Below are positions 1-10,012 of a stretch of DNA of 64,000 nt, one piece after another. Each line of letters opens with the position of its first letter. The stretch's first letter is position 1. The DNA is from an uncultured Gemmatimonadales bacterium (lineage in GTDB: Bacteria; Gemmatimonadota; Gemmatimonadetes; Longimicrobiales; RSA9), in contig CAWCUS010000003.1 of NCBI GenBank assembly GCA_963798845.1, positions 32,001 through 96,000 on the forward strand, written 5' to 3'. A program made the position numbers and the translations under genes. Under the pieces are notes generated by a model that saw only the letters and a program-made list of their open reading frames with translations, made no database searches and was not told the origin of the DNA.

Positions 1-134
1 GTCGCCGGCGACATCGGACGCCGACTCCGGCGCTCCGGACGGTATCGCGTAGCCCGCCGCTGGGACCGTGCCGCCGCCGCGCTGGCCGCCCGGGAGCACG
101 CACTGTCGCCGCCGTCGGCGGAGTAGCGGGCGGG

Positions 135-350
135 GTGAGCCAGCCGTACACGGCCGAGGAGCGCGGACGGATCGGGCGGGCGCTGGAGGCGGGCGAGCCG
201 CTGCGGTGCCCGGCGTGCGGAGCAGGGCTCACGCGGCGCGAGGTGCCGCCGTCCCGGCAGGTCTCCTACGTGCGGCGGCGTGTGTGGGTGCTCTGTCCCG
301 AGTGCGGACGCTCCGCGGCGGTGGACGTCAGAGCGGGCGGGCCACCATGA
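135..350 (+). CDS. Small hypothetical zinc-ribbon protein
   Basis: 71-aa ORF (GTG start) with two CxxC pairs, CPAC and CPEC. Its 3' end overlaps the 3' end of the convergent gene by 23 nt. Confidence 0.55.
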   Translation: MSQPYTAEERGRIGRALEAGEPLRCPACGAGLTRREVPPSRQVSYVRRRVWVLCPECGRSAAVDVRAGGPP

Positions 351-1374
351 TGCCGTCCTGCCCATCGATGCGAAGGATGCGCTCCGGGAGCGGCAGAGCG
401 CTGATCTCGACGGACCGCCCCGCCAGCGGCGCGTTCATGAGGTGGACCCGTCCGTTCACGCGTACGGCGATGCCGGTGTGGGCCACGTCCAACCCCGGGA
501 CCGTGCTCGTCATCGCGATGACGTCGCCATCCCGGATGCGGCCGGCCACCTCGCCCACTTTCCCCTGCGGGATGACGTAGCGCGGCTCCGCGCTCAGCGT
601 CTCCTCGATCTCCCGGATGCTCTCCACGCGCTCGGGGTGCCCGTCCAGCGGGGCGTACGCGTCGGCGTGGGTGGACATGAAGTCGATGGTCGAGGTGTCC
701 GGCCGCCCTCCCAGCTCACGGGTGACATCGCGCACAAGCCCCAGCTCCGCGTTGTCGCGGATCCACTCGCTGAAGTAGTGCAGCCGGCTGGTGTACCCGT
801 CCATCCGCCCGTTCCGGTATCGGATCCTGCGCAGCTCGGCCGTGAACGCGTTGAAGTCCGGCAGCTCGCCGCCCCGGCTCGCCCGGATCACGCGGGCAAG
901 CGCCAGCACGCTCTCCACGTAGGTGACGCAGTCGAACCCCCGCAGGTCGACCACCAGTCTCTCCGGCCCCGGCGGGTCGAGCGTGTAGGGGGTGTAGGGA
1001 CTGCCCACGAACCGCTTCCCCACGCGAACCATGATCTGGCCGATCGGAAGCGCCTCGACCCCCTCGTCGCGGGCCCAGCGCACCGTCTCCCGGAAGATGT
1101 CCCGATCGCGCGGCTCGAACACGACGTCGCCCACGACCTCGGCATCCGAGTCGCCGCTCCGGGCCGGGACGGGCGCGGCAGGCCCGCCCACGACGCCCGT
1201 TCGCCCGGCGAAGTCGGGCGGTGAGCCGGCCCCGCGTACGACGCCGGGCTCCCCGGCCACTGCCGTCCCGGCGCGGCCGTGCCCGGTGAGATCCGGCAGC
1301 GCCTGGAAGAGGAGCCACGCGATGAGCAGGGCGCCGGCGAGCGCGGCGAGGGTGACGGCGTGTGTCTTTCCCAT
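328..1374 (-). CDS. DUF1460-family N-acetylmuramoyl-L-alanine amidase-like protein (NlpC/P60 fold), membrane-anchored or secreted
   Basis: N-terminal hydrophobic segment; motifs FVGSPY, LRGFDCVTYVE (catalytic Cys), RLHYFSEW and GLDVAHTGI (His). Start placed at ATG 1374 (MGKTHAV). Confidence 0.85.
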   Translation of the reverse strand: MGKTHAVTLAALAGALLIAWLLFQALPDLTGHGRAGTAVAGEPGVVRGAGSPPDFAGRTGVVGGPAAPVPARSGDSDAEVVGDVVFEPRDRDIFRETVRWARDEGVEALPIGQIMVRVGKRFVGSPYTPYTLDPPGPERLVVDLRGFDCVTYVESVLALARVIRASRGGELPDFNAFTAELRRIRYRNGRMDGYTSRLHYFSEWIRDNAELGLVRDVTRELGGRPDTSTIDFMSTHADAYAPLDGHPERVESIREIEETLSAEPRYVIPQGKVGEVAGRIRDGDVIAMTSTVPGLDVAHTGIAVRVNGRVHLMNAPLAGRSVEISALPLPERILRIDGQDGIMVARPL

Positions 1375-1425
1375 TCTGCATCGCTCCGGTGCAAGCGGCA
1401 TTCCGGGCCCGGCTCCAACGCCGCT

Positions 1426-1454
1426 TTGACATCCCGGCGAGGATCGGGGATTTT
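1426..1454 (+). promoter_or_regulatory. Possible sigma70 promoter of the formate dehydrogenase operon
   Basis: Perfect TTGACA at 1426-1431, a 17-nt spacer, then a weak -10 (GATTTT), about 40 nt upstream of the ATG. Confidence 0.3.
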
Positions 1455-1492
1455 TCGACTCTTACGTTCAGTCCCCGCGGCGGAACACGCTC

Positions 1493-3181
1493 ATGCCGAA
1501 ACATACGGAAGCCGGACTGCCGGTTCTACGGATGCGCCCCGTGCCCAAGGGCCGCACGTTCGATGTCGAAGCGCTGGAGGAGGTCCGGGAGATGCTCGGG
1601 GACGCGCCGCGTCGTCGGGACCTGCTGGTGGAGCACCTGCACCGGATCCAGGACGCGTACGGCCACCTCTCCGACCGGCACATGCTCGCACTGGCCGGGG
1701 AGATGTCGCTGAGCGCGGCGGAAGTGTGGGAAGTGGCCACGTTCTACCACGGCTTCGACGTGGTGAAGGACGGGGAGGCGCCGCCGCCTCCGCTCACCGT
1801 CCGGGTGTGCGACTCCATCGCGTGCGAGATGGCGGGCTCGGCCGAGCTGCTCGCCACGCTGAAGCAGCGGCTCGGAGCCCGCGTGAGGGTCGTGGGCACG
1901 CCCTGCATCGGGCGCTGCGACCACGCCCCCGCGACCGTCGTTGGGCAGCACGCCGTGGACTGCGCGACGGTCGCGGCCGTGGAGGGCGTGGTGCTGCATG
2001 ATGACACGAAGGCGGAGGTCCCGCCGTACCGGCACCTGGACGAGTACCGGGCTTCGGGAGGCTACGGGATCCTGGCCTCGTGCGCGGGCGGCGAGCGGAC
2101 GCTGGATGCCGTGCTCGCCGAGGTCAAGGCGGCGGGGCTGAAGGGGCTCGGCGGCGCGGGGTTCCCGTCGTCGCGGAAGTGGGAGTTCGTGCGGGCGGAG
2201 CCGAAGCCGCGGATGGTGGTGGTTAACGCGGACGAGGGGGAGCCGGGGACGTTCAAGGACCGCTTCCTCCTGGAGACCGATCCACACCGGGTGCTGGAGG
2301 GGGCGCTCATCGCGGCGTGGGCCGTGGAGGCCGAGGCCGTCTGGATCTACCTGCGCGACGAGTACCCGCAGTGCCGCGCCATCCTCCAGGACGCGATCCA
2401 CTCGCTCGAAGCGGACCCGCCGTGCGCGCTCCCGGAAATCCACCTGCGGCGAGGCGCTGGCGCGTACATCTGCGGCGAAGAGACGGCGCTCATCGAGTCA
2501 CTGGAAGGGAAGCGGGGCGAGCCGCGGCTGCGACCCCCTTTCCCCGCGCAGAGAGGCGTCTTCGACCGTCCGACACTGGTGCACAACGTCGAGACGCTGT
2601 TCTGGATCCCCGAGATCCTGCGACGCGGCGGCGGCTGGTTCGCAGCCACTGGGCGGGAGGGACATCCCGGGCAGCGCTACTTCTCCGTGAGTGGCCGCGT
2701 GAAGGATCCGGGCGTCTATCTGGCCCCGAACGGCGTCACCGTAAACGAGCTGATCGACGGCCACGCCGGCGGTATGCTCGACGGGCACGCATTCTACGCG
2801 TACCTGCCGGGCGGCGCGTCGGGCGGGATCCTTCCGGCATCCCTGGGCGACATCCCGCTGGACTTCGGCGGCGCGCTCGGCGAGTACGGCTGCTTCGTGG
2901 GGTCCGGCGCCATCGTGATCCTCTCGGATCGGGACTCGGCCCGGGCGGCGGCGGCGAACATCATGCGCTTCTTCGCGCACGAGTCGTGCGGCAAGTGCAC
3001 GCCGTGCCGCGTGGGCACGGCCAAGGCCGTGGCGCTCATGGAAGCGCCGACGTGGGACCGGGCATTGCTGGAGGAGCTGGGCGCGGCGATGGCGGACGCG
3101 TCCATCTGCGGCCTGGGGCAGGCCGCCCCGAACGTCATCCGCCGCGTCATGGAGCACTTCCCGCAGGAGCTCGACGCATGA
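1493..3181 (+). CDS. NAD-dependent formate dehydrogenase beta (diaphorase) subunit, fused NuoE-like and NuoF-like domains
   Basis: VATFYH and CDSIAC...CIGRC (2Fe-2S); GLGGAGFP, NADEGEPGTFKDR and GAYICGEETALIES (FMN/NADH); ESCGKCTPCR...SICGLG (4Fe-4S). Confidence 0.92.
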   Translation: MPKHTEAGLPVLRMRPVPKGRTFDVEALEEVREMLGDAPRRRDLLVEHLHRIQDAYGHLSDRHMLALAGEMSLSAAEVWEVATFYHGFDVVKDGEAPPPPLTVRVCDSIACEMAGSAELLATLKQRLGARVRVVGTPCIGRCDHAPATVVGQHAVDCATVAAVEGVVLHDDTKAEVPPYRHLDEYRASGGYGILASCAGGERTLDAVLAEVKAAGLKGLGGAGFPSSRKWEFVRAEPKPRMVVVNADEGEPGTFKDRFLLETDPHRVLEGALIAAWAVEAEAVWIYLRDEYPQCRAILQDAIHSLEADPPCALPEIHLRRGAGAYICGEETALIESLEGKRGEPRLRPPFPAQRGVFDRPTLVHNVETLFWIPEILRRGGGWFAATGREGHPGQRYFSVSGRVKDPGVYLAPNGVTVNELIDGHAGGMLDGHAFYAYLPGGASGGILPASLGDIPLDFGGALGEYGCFVGSGAIVILSDRDSARAAAANIMRFFAHESCGKCTPCRVGTAKAVALMEAPTWDRALLEELGAAMADASICGLGQAAPNVIRRVMEHFPQELDA

Positions 3182-6069
3182 GCACGAACGGCGACACGAT
3201 CCCCTTCACGCTCGATGGCCGGCAGATCGAGGCGCGGCCGGGCGAGACCATCCTCCAGGCGGCCGGGCGCAGCGGCATCGCCATACCGCACCTCTGCTAC
3301 ACGGAGGGCATGCGGGTGGACGGGAACTGCCGCGCGTGCGTGGTCGAGATCGAAGGCGAGCGCGTGCTGGCGCCTTCGTGCCACCGCAAGCCGTCGGCCG
3401 GGATGAAGGTGAGGAGCGCGAGCGAGCGGGCCCGCTCGTCGCAGAAGATGGTGCTCGAGCTGCTCCGCAGCGACATGCCGGAGGAGCAGTACCGCGCCGA
3501 CTCCGAGCTGGCGCTCTGGGCCGCCCACCTGGGCGTGGGCGACGGCCGGTTCCCCCGCCGTCGCCAGCCGGCGCCCGACGCCTCGCACCCCGCCATCCTG
3601 GTGCGCCTGGACGCGTGCATCCAGTGCACTCGGTGCGTGCGGGCGTGCCGGGAGGTGCAGGTGAACGACGTCATCGGCTACGCCGCGCGCGGCGCCGACG
3701 CCCACATCGTCTTCGATTTCGACGACCCGATGGGCAGCAGCACGTGCGTGGCGTGCGGGGAGTGCGTGCAGGCGTGCCCGACCGGCGCCCTCATCCCGAA
3801 GCGCATCGCGGAGCCGAACGCGGTGATGTTCCCGGTGGACGAGTCGCTCTATGCGCCCTCGCTGGCCGGCCGCGCGTCCCGTGAGGAAGAAACCGTGGTC
3901 GCCGAGGCGAGCGTGGGCGACGCCACGACCAGCGTGCCATCGCTCTGTCCTTACTGCGGCGTGGGGTGCCAGGTCACGTACCACGAGAAGGGCGGGCGGA
4001 TCACGCATGTGACGGGGCGCGAGGGACCGGCGAACCTGGGCCGCCTGTGCGTGAAGGGGCGATTCGGCTTCGACTACGTTCACAACCGCCAGCGGCTGAC
4101 CACCCCGCTGATCCGGCGGGACGGCGTGCCCAAGAACCCCGACGCGCTGGTGGACCCGATGGACTGGGCGGACACGTTCCGGGAAGCCACGTGGGAGGAA
4201 GCGCTCGACGTCGCCGCGGCCGGGCTGCGCAGGATCCTGGACGAGCAGGGCGGCCAGGCGCTGGCGGGGTTCGGCTCGGCGAAGGGGAGCAACGAGGAGG
4301 CGTACCTCTTCCAGAAGCTGATCCGTGCGGGGTTCGGCACGAACAACGTGGACCACTGCACGCGGCTGTGCCACGCGTCGTCGGTCGCGGCGCTCATGGA
4401 GATGATAGGGTCGGGCGCCGTTTCCAACCCGTTCGCCGACGTTCAGTACGCGGACGTGTTCATCGTGATCGGGGCGAACCCCACGGTCAACCACCCCGTG
4501 GCCGCCACGCTCATGAAGAACGCCGTGAAGCGGGGCGCGAAGCTGATCCACATCGACCCGCGCGCCACGGAGATCTCCCGCTTCGCCACGCACGCGTTCC
4601 ACTTCAACCCCGGCACCGACGTGGCGCTGCTGAACGCCATGCTCCACACCATCGTGGAGGAGGACCTGGTCGACCGATCGTTCATCGACGCCCGTACGGA
4701 TGGCTGGGACGCGTTCCGGTCCAACCTGACCGCCTACGCGCCCGAGGTCATGGAGCCGATCTGCGGAATCCCCGCGGAGGAGATCCGGGCCGCCGCGCGC
4801 CTCTACGCCACGGCGAAGGCGTCGATGATCTTCTGGGGCATGGGCATCGCCCAGCACACCCACGGGACGAACAATGCCCGCTGCCTGATCAACCTTGCGC
4901 TCATCACGGGCCAGATCGGCCGGCGCGGCGCCGGGCTGCACCCGCTGCGCGGGCAGAACAACGTGCAGGGCGCGTCGGACATGGGACTCATCCCCATCGT
5001 CTACACCGACTACCAGCGGGTGACCGACCCGGCCGCCCGGTCGAAGTTCGAGACGTTCTGGGGCCGGAAGCTGGACCCGGAGAACGGACTCACCGTCGTC
5101 GAGATCATGAACGCGGCGCTGCGGCGCGAGATCCGGGGCATGTACATCATGGGGGAGAACCCGGCCATGTCGGACCCCGACCTGGAGCACGTGCGCGAGG
5201 CGCTGGCCACCATGGACTGGCTCGTGGTGCAGGAGATCTTCCTGACCGAGACCGCATCGTTCGCCGACGTGATCCTCCCCGCCACGGCGTTCATGGAAAA
5301 GACGGGCACGTTCACCAACTCCGACCGGCGGGTTCAGCTGGGCCGGAAGGTGCTGGATGCGCCGGGCGAGGCGCGGCAGGACCTGTGGATCATCGCAGAG
5401 CTCGGCCGGCGGATCGGGATGGACTGGACCTACGAGGGCCCGCAGGAAGTGTGGGAGGAGATCCGGCAGTGCACGCCCAGCATGGCCGGGATCACGTGGG
5501 ACCGGCTCGAACGGGAGCACGCAGTCACCTATCCCTGCCGGAACGTGGGAGACCCCGGCACCGAGGTGCTGTTCGAGGAGCGCTTCCCGACCGGGACCGG
5601 CCTGGGGCACCTGAAGCCGGTGGACTACACCCCGGCCGCCGAGCTGCCGGACGACGACTACCCGGACGTCCTGATCACCGGACGGATCCTGGAGCACTGG
5701 CACACGGGCGCCATGACGCGTCGCGCCGAGGTGCTGGACGCCATCGAGCCGGTGCCCATGGTCTCCATGAACCCCGGCGACATGCGCGCCCGCGGCCTCG
5801 AGGCCGGCGCCACCGTGACGCTCGAGACGCGCCGCGGGCACGTGGCCGCGCTGGTCCGGCTCGACCCGTCGATTCCTCACGGCGCCATCTTCCTGCCGTT
5901 CTGCTATGCGGAGGCGCCCGCCAACCTGATGACGAACCCGGCGCTGGACCCGGACGGCAAGATCCCGGAATTCAAGTACTGCGCGGTCCGGGTCACGCCG
6001 GGCGGGAATGTCCAGCGTGTGGGCTTCGCGGCCGCCACGGCCGGGAGTGGAGCCGGGCGGACGGGCTAG
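3178..6069 (+). CDS. fdhF: Formate dehydrogenase alpha subunit (Mo/W-bisPGD, Cys-ligated)
   Basis: ATG overlaps the upstream stop (ATGA). Motifs: IPHLC..GNCRAC (2Fe-2S), CIQCTRCVRAC and CVACGECVQACPTG (2x 4Fe-4S), CPYCGVGC, DHCTRLCHA, LRGQNNVQG and IPEFKYCAV. Confidence 0.95.
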   Translation: MSTNGDTIPFTLDGRQIEARPGETILQAAGRSGIAIPHLCYTEGMRVDGNCRACVVEIEGERVLAPSCHRKPSAGMKVRSASERARSSQKMVLELLRSDMPEEQYRADSELALWAAHLGVGDGRFPRRRQPAPDASHPAILVRLDACIQCTRCVRACREVQVNDVIGYAARGADAHIVFDFDDPMGSSTCVACGECVQACPTGALIPKRIAEPNAVMFPVDESLYAPSLAGRASREEETVVAEASVGDATTSVPSLCPYCGVGCQVTYHEKGGRITHVTGREGPANLGRLCVKGRFGFDYVHNRQRLTTPLIRRDGVPKNPDALVDPMDWADTFREATWEEALDVAAAGLRRILDEQGGQALAGFGSAKGSNEEAYLFQKLIRAGFGTNNVDHCTRLCHASSVAALMEMIGSGAVSNPFADVQYADVFIVIGANPTVNHPVAATLMKNAVKRGAKLIHIDPRATEISRFATHAFHFNPGTDVALLNAMLHTIVEEDLVDRSFIDARTDGWDAFRSNLTAYAPEVMEPICGIPAEEIRAAARLYATAKASMIFWGMGIAQHTHGTNNARCLINLALITGQIGRRGAGLHPLRGQNNVQGASDMGLIPIVYTDYQRVTDPAARSKFETFWGRKLDPENGLTVVEIMNAALRREIRGMYIMGENPAMSDPDLEHVREALATMDWLVVQEIFLTETASFADVILPATAFMEKTGTFTNSDRRVQLGRKVLDAPGEARQDLWIIAELGRRIGMDWTYEGPQEVWEEIRQCTPSMAGITWDRLEREHAVTYPCRNVGDPGTEVLFEERFPTGTGLGHLKPVDYTPAAELPDDDYPDVLITGRILEHWHTGAMTRRAEVLDAIEPVPMVSMNPGDMRARGLEAGATVTLETRRGHVAALVRLDPSIPHGAIFLPFCYAEAPANLMTNPALDPDGKIPEFKYCAVRVTPGGNVQRVGFAAATAGSGAGRTG

Positions 6070-6749
6070 TCGCCCCTCGCCGCGCGGCTCGACGCCGCCA
6101 GCACCCTCTCCAGCCACTCCATGGCGTCCCGGAGCTCGTCCGGGATGATGCCGTGGTTCATGGCGTAGTCGTGGGCCTCCAGATCGGCGCCCGCCGAGCG
6201 GAGCGATTCCCGCCCCCGTCGCGCCAGCGCCAGCGGGATGGCCGGGTCCCTGGCGCCGTGGCCCCAGAAGAAGCGCGTGCGGCCGACGGTCTCCGGCGTG
6301 ACCACCACGTCGGGGTGGCTGGGGAGGAACCCGCTGAGGTTCATGACCCCTGGAACGGCGTCCGGATGGCTGAGGGCGTAACCCAGCGCCAGCGTACCGC
6401 CTTGCGAGAACCCGCCCAGCACAATGGCCCCCGGCTGGAAGCCCAGGTCCGTCTCCAGGGATGAAATCAACCGCCCCAGCGCCGCCAGGGAGTCGGAAAA
6501 GCTGGCAACGTCCGGACGATCGTCACCCTCGTACCTGTACCACGCCCACCCGTCGCCGTAGCCCCACGGCGCCCCGGGGTGGGGCGCCTGGGGCAGGGCG
6601 AGGGCGACGCGGTCGGGCACCCAGCCGCGGAACCCCGCCAGATCCGCAGCCCCCGCGCCCCGCCCGTGCATCAGGACGAGGACTGGCGTGCCGTCGCGAG
6701 GGTGGGTCGGTGGCAGCAGCTGCATTTCCAGATCCGCAGGCATCGGCAT
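6066..6749 (-). CDS. Phospholipase/carboxylesterase (alpha/beta hydrolase)
   Basis: LMHGRG, GGFSQGG nucleophile elbow, GHGARDPAI and a C-terminal His (MNHGI). Start estimated. Confidence 0.88.
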   Translation of the reverse strand: MPMPADLEMQLLPPTHPRDGTPVLVLMHGRGAGAADLAGFRGWVPDRVALALPQAPHPGAPWGYGDGWAWYRYEGDDRPDVASFSDSLAALGRLISSLETDLGFQPGAIVLGGFSQGGTLALGYALSHPDAVPGVMNLSGFLPSHPDVVVTPETVGRTRFFWGHGARDPAIPLALARRGRESLRSAGADLEAHDYAMNHGIIPDELRDAMEWLERVLAASSRAARGD

Positions 6750-6783
6750 CCCCGCAGTCCGCGGCGAGACATCCGCATCCCGC

Positions 6784-8172
6784 CTACCGTTTCGACGTCC
6801 GCTCGCTGCGGCCACCCTCCGCGGCGTTCTTCCCCCGGCCGGTCACGTCCCGGAACTGCACCACCGCGCCGGTCGAGATGCGCCTGGCAAGAAAGGCGGC
6901 GTCCCAGTTCGTGAGGCGAACGCAGCCGTGGGAAGTCACGTACCCGATCGTCTCGGGCGCGTTGGTCCCATGGACTCCGTAGTGGGGCTTGGACAGCTGC
7001 ATCCAAACCACTCCGACTGCGTTGTTCGGGCCGCCCGGCAGCATGGCGTCGTCCCGTGTCGAGTCCTCGCCCGTGAGCAGCTTGGGCTGGTAATGCCACT
7101 GCGGATCGAAGGTGATGGACTCCACGCTGAAGCTCCCCGTGGGCGACGGCGCGTAATCGGAGCCGAGGGTGGACGGGAAGTGGTAGAGCAGCCTGCCGTC
7201 TGCGCCGAGAGCGTGGACGTAGTGCCCACCGTCGGAGATGACCAGCCTCTTCACCTCACTCCCGCCACGATACGAGCCCGAGGGGAGGTCGCCGGCCAGG
7301 AACGGGGTCACGGCCGGCACCTGCAGCGTCTGCCCGGCCTCGACCGAGTCGAGGTCGACGCCCGGGTTCAGCTGGCCGAGCAGCGCGGGCGTGCTGTGGA
7401 ACACCTCCGCCAGCTTCTCATGCAGCGACTGGTAGCAGAGGCAGTCCATGTCGGCGCGCTGATAGACGTCCTCCGGCAGGTCGACGAACGGCCCCGAGAC
7501 TTCCGCCCGGGTGAGGGTGTGCTTGCGCACCTGCGCCGGCCCCGCGTGTTGCACGAGGGCGTCCAGGGTCGCCCCGTCCACGGACCCGGTGGCGTCCAGC
7601 CCCTGCGCGCGCTGGAACCAGTACACGGCCTTCTCCGTGTTCTTCCCCCACCGGCCGTCGATGATCCCCGGGGAGAACCGGGCCTGGTCGAGGAGGATCT
7701 GGATCCGTGCGACCGCCGGACCCTCCACGTCACCCCCGATGGGGAACGAGGCGGGCTGCGCGTTCACGGCGCGGGGGCTTATCTCGTCCCACGACTGCGT
7801 CGCCGCGCCCGCGCCGCCTGCCACCGCGCTCCCGCTCGCGGGCTTGCCGCCGGCATCGGCCGCAGCGCTGCTGTCCGGGCCGGGCGAGGTGCCCTGGCTG
7901 GCCGGGCCGACGCCTTCGGTGTCGCTCCGGGCGAAGGGGCGCCAGGAGGAGTCGAGGCGGCCCGCCTCGAGCTCTGCGCGAGAGAGCGTGTCCGTGCCGT
8001 CCGCGAACGCGTCTGCGACGCCCGCCGCCCCCGACGCGGCGGAATCGGTGCCCGGGGCCGGCGTCGCCGCGGACGCCACGGTGTCCCCCGACCGGGTGGC
8101 GGGGGAATGATCGTTTCCGCCGCACCCGGCCATCAGCAGCGTGGCCAGGAGCGCGAGATGCGTGTGCTTCAT
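6784..8172 (-). CDS. L,D-transpeptidase (YkuD) lipoprotein with peptidoglycan-binding and LysM-like domains
   Basis: Lipobox LMAGC; PG-binding segment IQILLDQARFSPGIIDGRWGKNT; LysM-like LNPGVD...GQTLQVP; catalytic YGVHGT...SHGCVRLTN. Confidence 0.9.
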   Translation of the reverse strand: MKHTHLALLATLLMAGCGGNDHSPATRSGDTVASAATPAPGTDSAASGAAGVADAFADGTDTLSRAELEAGRLDSSWRPFARSDTEGVGPASQGTSPGPDSSAAADAGGKPASGSAVAGGAGAATQSWDEISPRAVNAQPASFPIGGDVEGPAVARIQILLDQARFSPGIIDGRWGKNTEKAVYWFQRAQGLDATGSVDGATLDALVQHAGPAQVRKHTLTRAEVSGPFVDLPEDVYQRADMDCLCYQSLHEKLAEVFHSTPALLGQLNPGVDLDSVEAGQTLQVPAVTPFLAGDLPSGSYRGGSEVKRLVISDGGHYVHALGADGRLLYHFPSTLGSDYAPSPTGSFSVESITFDPQWHYQPKLLTGEDSTRDDAMLPGGPNNAVGVVWMQLSKPHYGVHGTNAPETIGYVTSHGCVRLTNWDAAFLARRISTGAVVQFRDVTGRGKNAAEGGRSERTSKR

Positions 8173-8239
8173 GCTTGTTTCCCCGTCGGTGATGGATCCG
8201 GACAGGGAAAGGAGCAATGGGCGTGCCCGCCGCGCTGGT

Positions 8240-9823
8240 TCAGCCCTGGGTGCCCTTCAGCCTTTCGACGTAGCCGAACAGTCCAGCCTGCCGGGCGCCA
8301 CCCTGGCGGATGACGTCCATGGCGCGCAGCAGCTGCACGTCGGCGTCCACGTCCCGCTCCTTGACGAAGGCGTCGCCAAAGGCCATCCGGCCGACCAGAC
8401 TGAGCAGCGCGCGGTCGACATACGCGGAGCCCGCGTCGTAGACGGGGCGATCGATGTCCACGCCCTTTTCGCTCAGCCGGCGATAGAGCTCGTCGCGCCA
8501 CGCCTGCGTGACCTGGAAGTCCCGGCTCACCCCCTCCTTCAGCTGCGACGCGTAGTCGAACACGGTCACGTTGAAGTCGGGCGACTTGGGCGCGATGGCC
8601 TTGATCAGCGCCTGCTCGGCCGTGCTGAACGTGTCCGCCTTCACCTCCAGGTCTGGCATGATCCCGCCGCCGCCGTACACCGTGCGGCCTGCGTCCGAGT
8701 GGTACGTGGGTCGCTGGTCGCGTCCGGCGGCGAAGTGCGTGGAGTCGTCCACCTCCACGAGCCTGCCGTTCTGGAGCACGCGCTCCCGGTGGATGCTCCG
8801 GCCGCTCGGCGTGTACCACTTCCCAGTGGTCATCTTCAGCACGTACCCGCCGTCGACCCGGTACGCGGTCTGGACCAGCCCCTTCCCGAACGACGTGGTG
8901 CCCATGATGACCGCGCGGTCGTGGTCCTGGAGCGCGCCCGCCACGATCTCGGACGCCGAGGCGGAGCCGCCGTCCACCAGCACGACGAGCGGCACATCCG
9001 GGGCGACCGGGTCGTCGTGATTCACGTAATCCGTGTCATCGCTGCCGCGCTCCCACTGCCGGGCGATCTCCGCGTCCTTCGGCAGGAACAGCCCGGCTAT
9101 GTCCACGGCCTGATCGACGATGCCGCCGCCGTTGCCGCGCAGGTCGAACACGATCCCGTGCGCGCCCTGCTGCACGAGCTGCTCCACGGACTCACGCATC
9201 TCCTTGCCGGCCGTCTCGTTGAACTGGAGCAGCGGGACATACCCGATGCTGTCCTCGAGCATGACCGCGTAGGGCACCGCCGGGATGCGGACCACGGCGC
9301 GTGTGATGCGCGCGCGGATCGGATCCGTCGCTCCCCGTCTGAGGAAGTTCACTTCCACGATCGTCCCGGGCTCGCCCTTCAGCGCGTTGGCGACCCGATC
9401 CAGCGACCAGGCGCTCACGTCATCGCCATCGATCCCGGTGACGCGATCACCCACCTGCACGCCGATCCGCTCCGCCGGCGTGTTCGGGAACACGCGCTGC
9501 ACCACGGCCGACCCGGCCTGCGCCTCGATGAGCATGCCGACGCCGGCATAGTGCCCCTCGTACGCCACCTCGAACTCCTCGAGCTCCTCGGGCGTGAAGA
9601 GGTCCGCGTAGGGGTCGTCGAGGCGGTCGACCAGCCCCTCGGCCGCCCGCTCGTAGACGTCGGAGACGTCGAGCGTGTCCACGAACCGCGTCGAGATCAG
9701 CGTGACCACGTCCCGGAACAGGTTCGGTCCCGTCTGGTCCTCGGGGTCCGGCAGGATGAAACCGCCGAGCGCGAAGGCGGCGGCGATGACTGCGACGAAC
9801 CCGGCCTTCTTGGCGTGACGCAT
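8240..9823 (-). CDS. S41-family carboxy-terminal processing protease (CtpA-like, PDZ domain)
   Basis: DPYA, GVGM (PDZ), FDLRGNGGG, SASASEIVAGALQD, FGKGLVQ and TPSGRSI. Confidence 0.93.
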   Translation of the reverse strand: MRHAKKAGFVAVIAAAFALGGFILPDPEDQTGPNLFRDVVTLISTRFVDTLDVSDVYERAAEGLVDRLDDPYADLFTPEELEEFEVAYEGHYAGVGMLIEAQAGSAVVQRVFPNTPAERIGVQVGDRVTGIDGDDVSAWSLDRVANALKGEPGTIVEVNFLRRGATDPIRARITRAVVRIPAVPYAVMLEDSIGYVPLLQFNETAGKEMRESVEQLVQQGAHGIVFDLRGNGGGIVDQAVDIAGLFLPKDAEIARQWERGSDDTDYVNHDDPVAPDVPLVVLVDGGSASASEIVAGALQDHDRAVIMGTTSFGKGLVQTAYRVDGGYVLKMTTGKWYTPSGRSIHRERVLQNGRLVEVDDSTHFAAGRDQRPTYHSDAGRTVYGGGGIMPDLEVKADTFSTAEQALIKAIAPKSPDFNVTVFDYASQLKEGVSRDFQVTQAWRDELYRRLSEKGVDIDRPVYDAGSAYVDRALLSLVGRMAFGDAFVKERDVDADVQLLRAMDVIRQGGARQAGLFGYVERLKGTQG

Positions 9824-10012
9824 GCGATCTCATCGATGAGGGTGAAGGGCGCTCGGTGGCCCGTAGCTACTACTCGGCACCCACGTGGGCGTTCCGGCGT
9901 ACGCACCGGGCTCACCAGTGTAAACGCGTCAGGGCGGTGTTTCCAGCCTGTCGCGGGCGGAACCCGGGTCTTTCACGAGCCGGAGCCCGCCACGCCGGCG
10001 TGGCGACGCGGC

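Noticed and set aside
2317..3177. N-terminal extension of the FDH alpha subunit
   Set aside because: It overlaps the beta subunit out of frame. The real start is the ATGA junction at 3178.
4350..4380. Selenocysteine FDH with SECIS
   Set aside because: The active-site codon is TGC (Cys) and there is no in-frame TGA.
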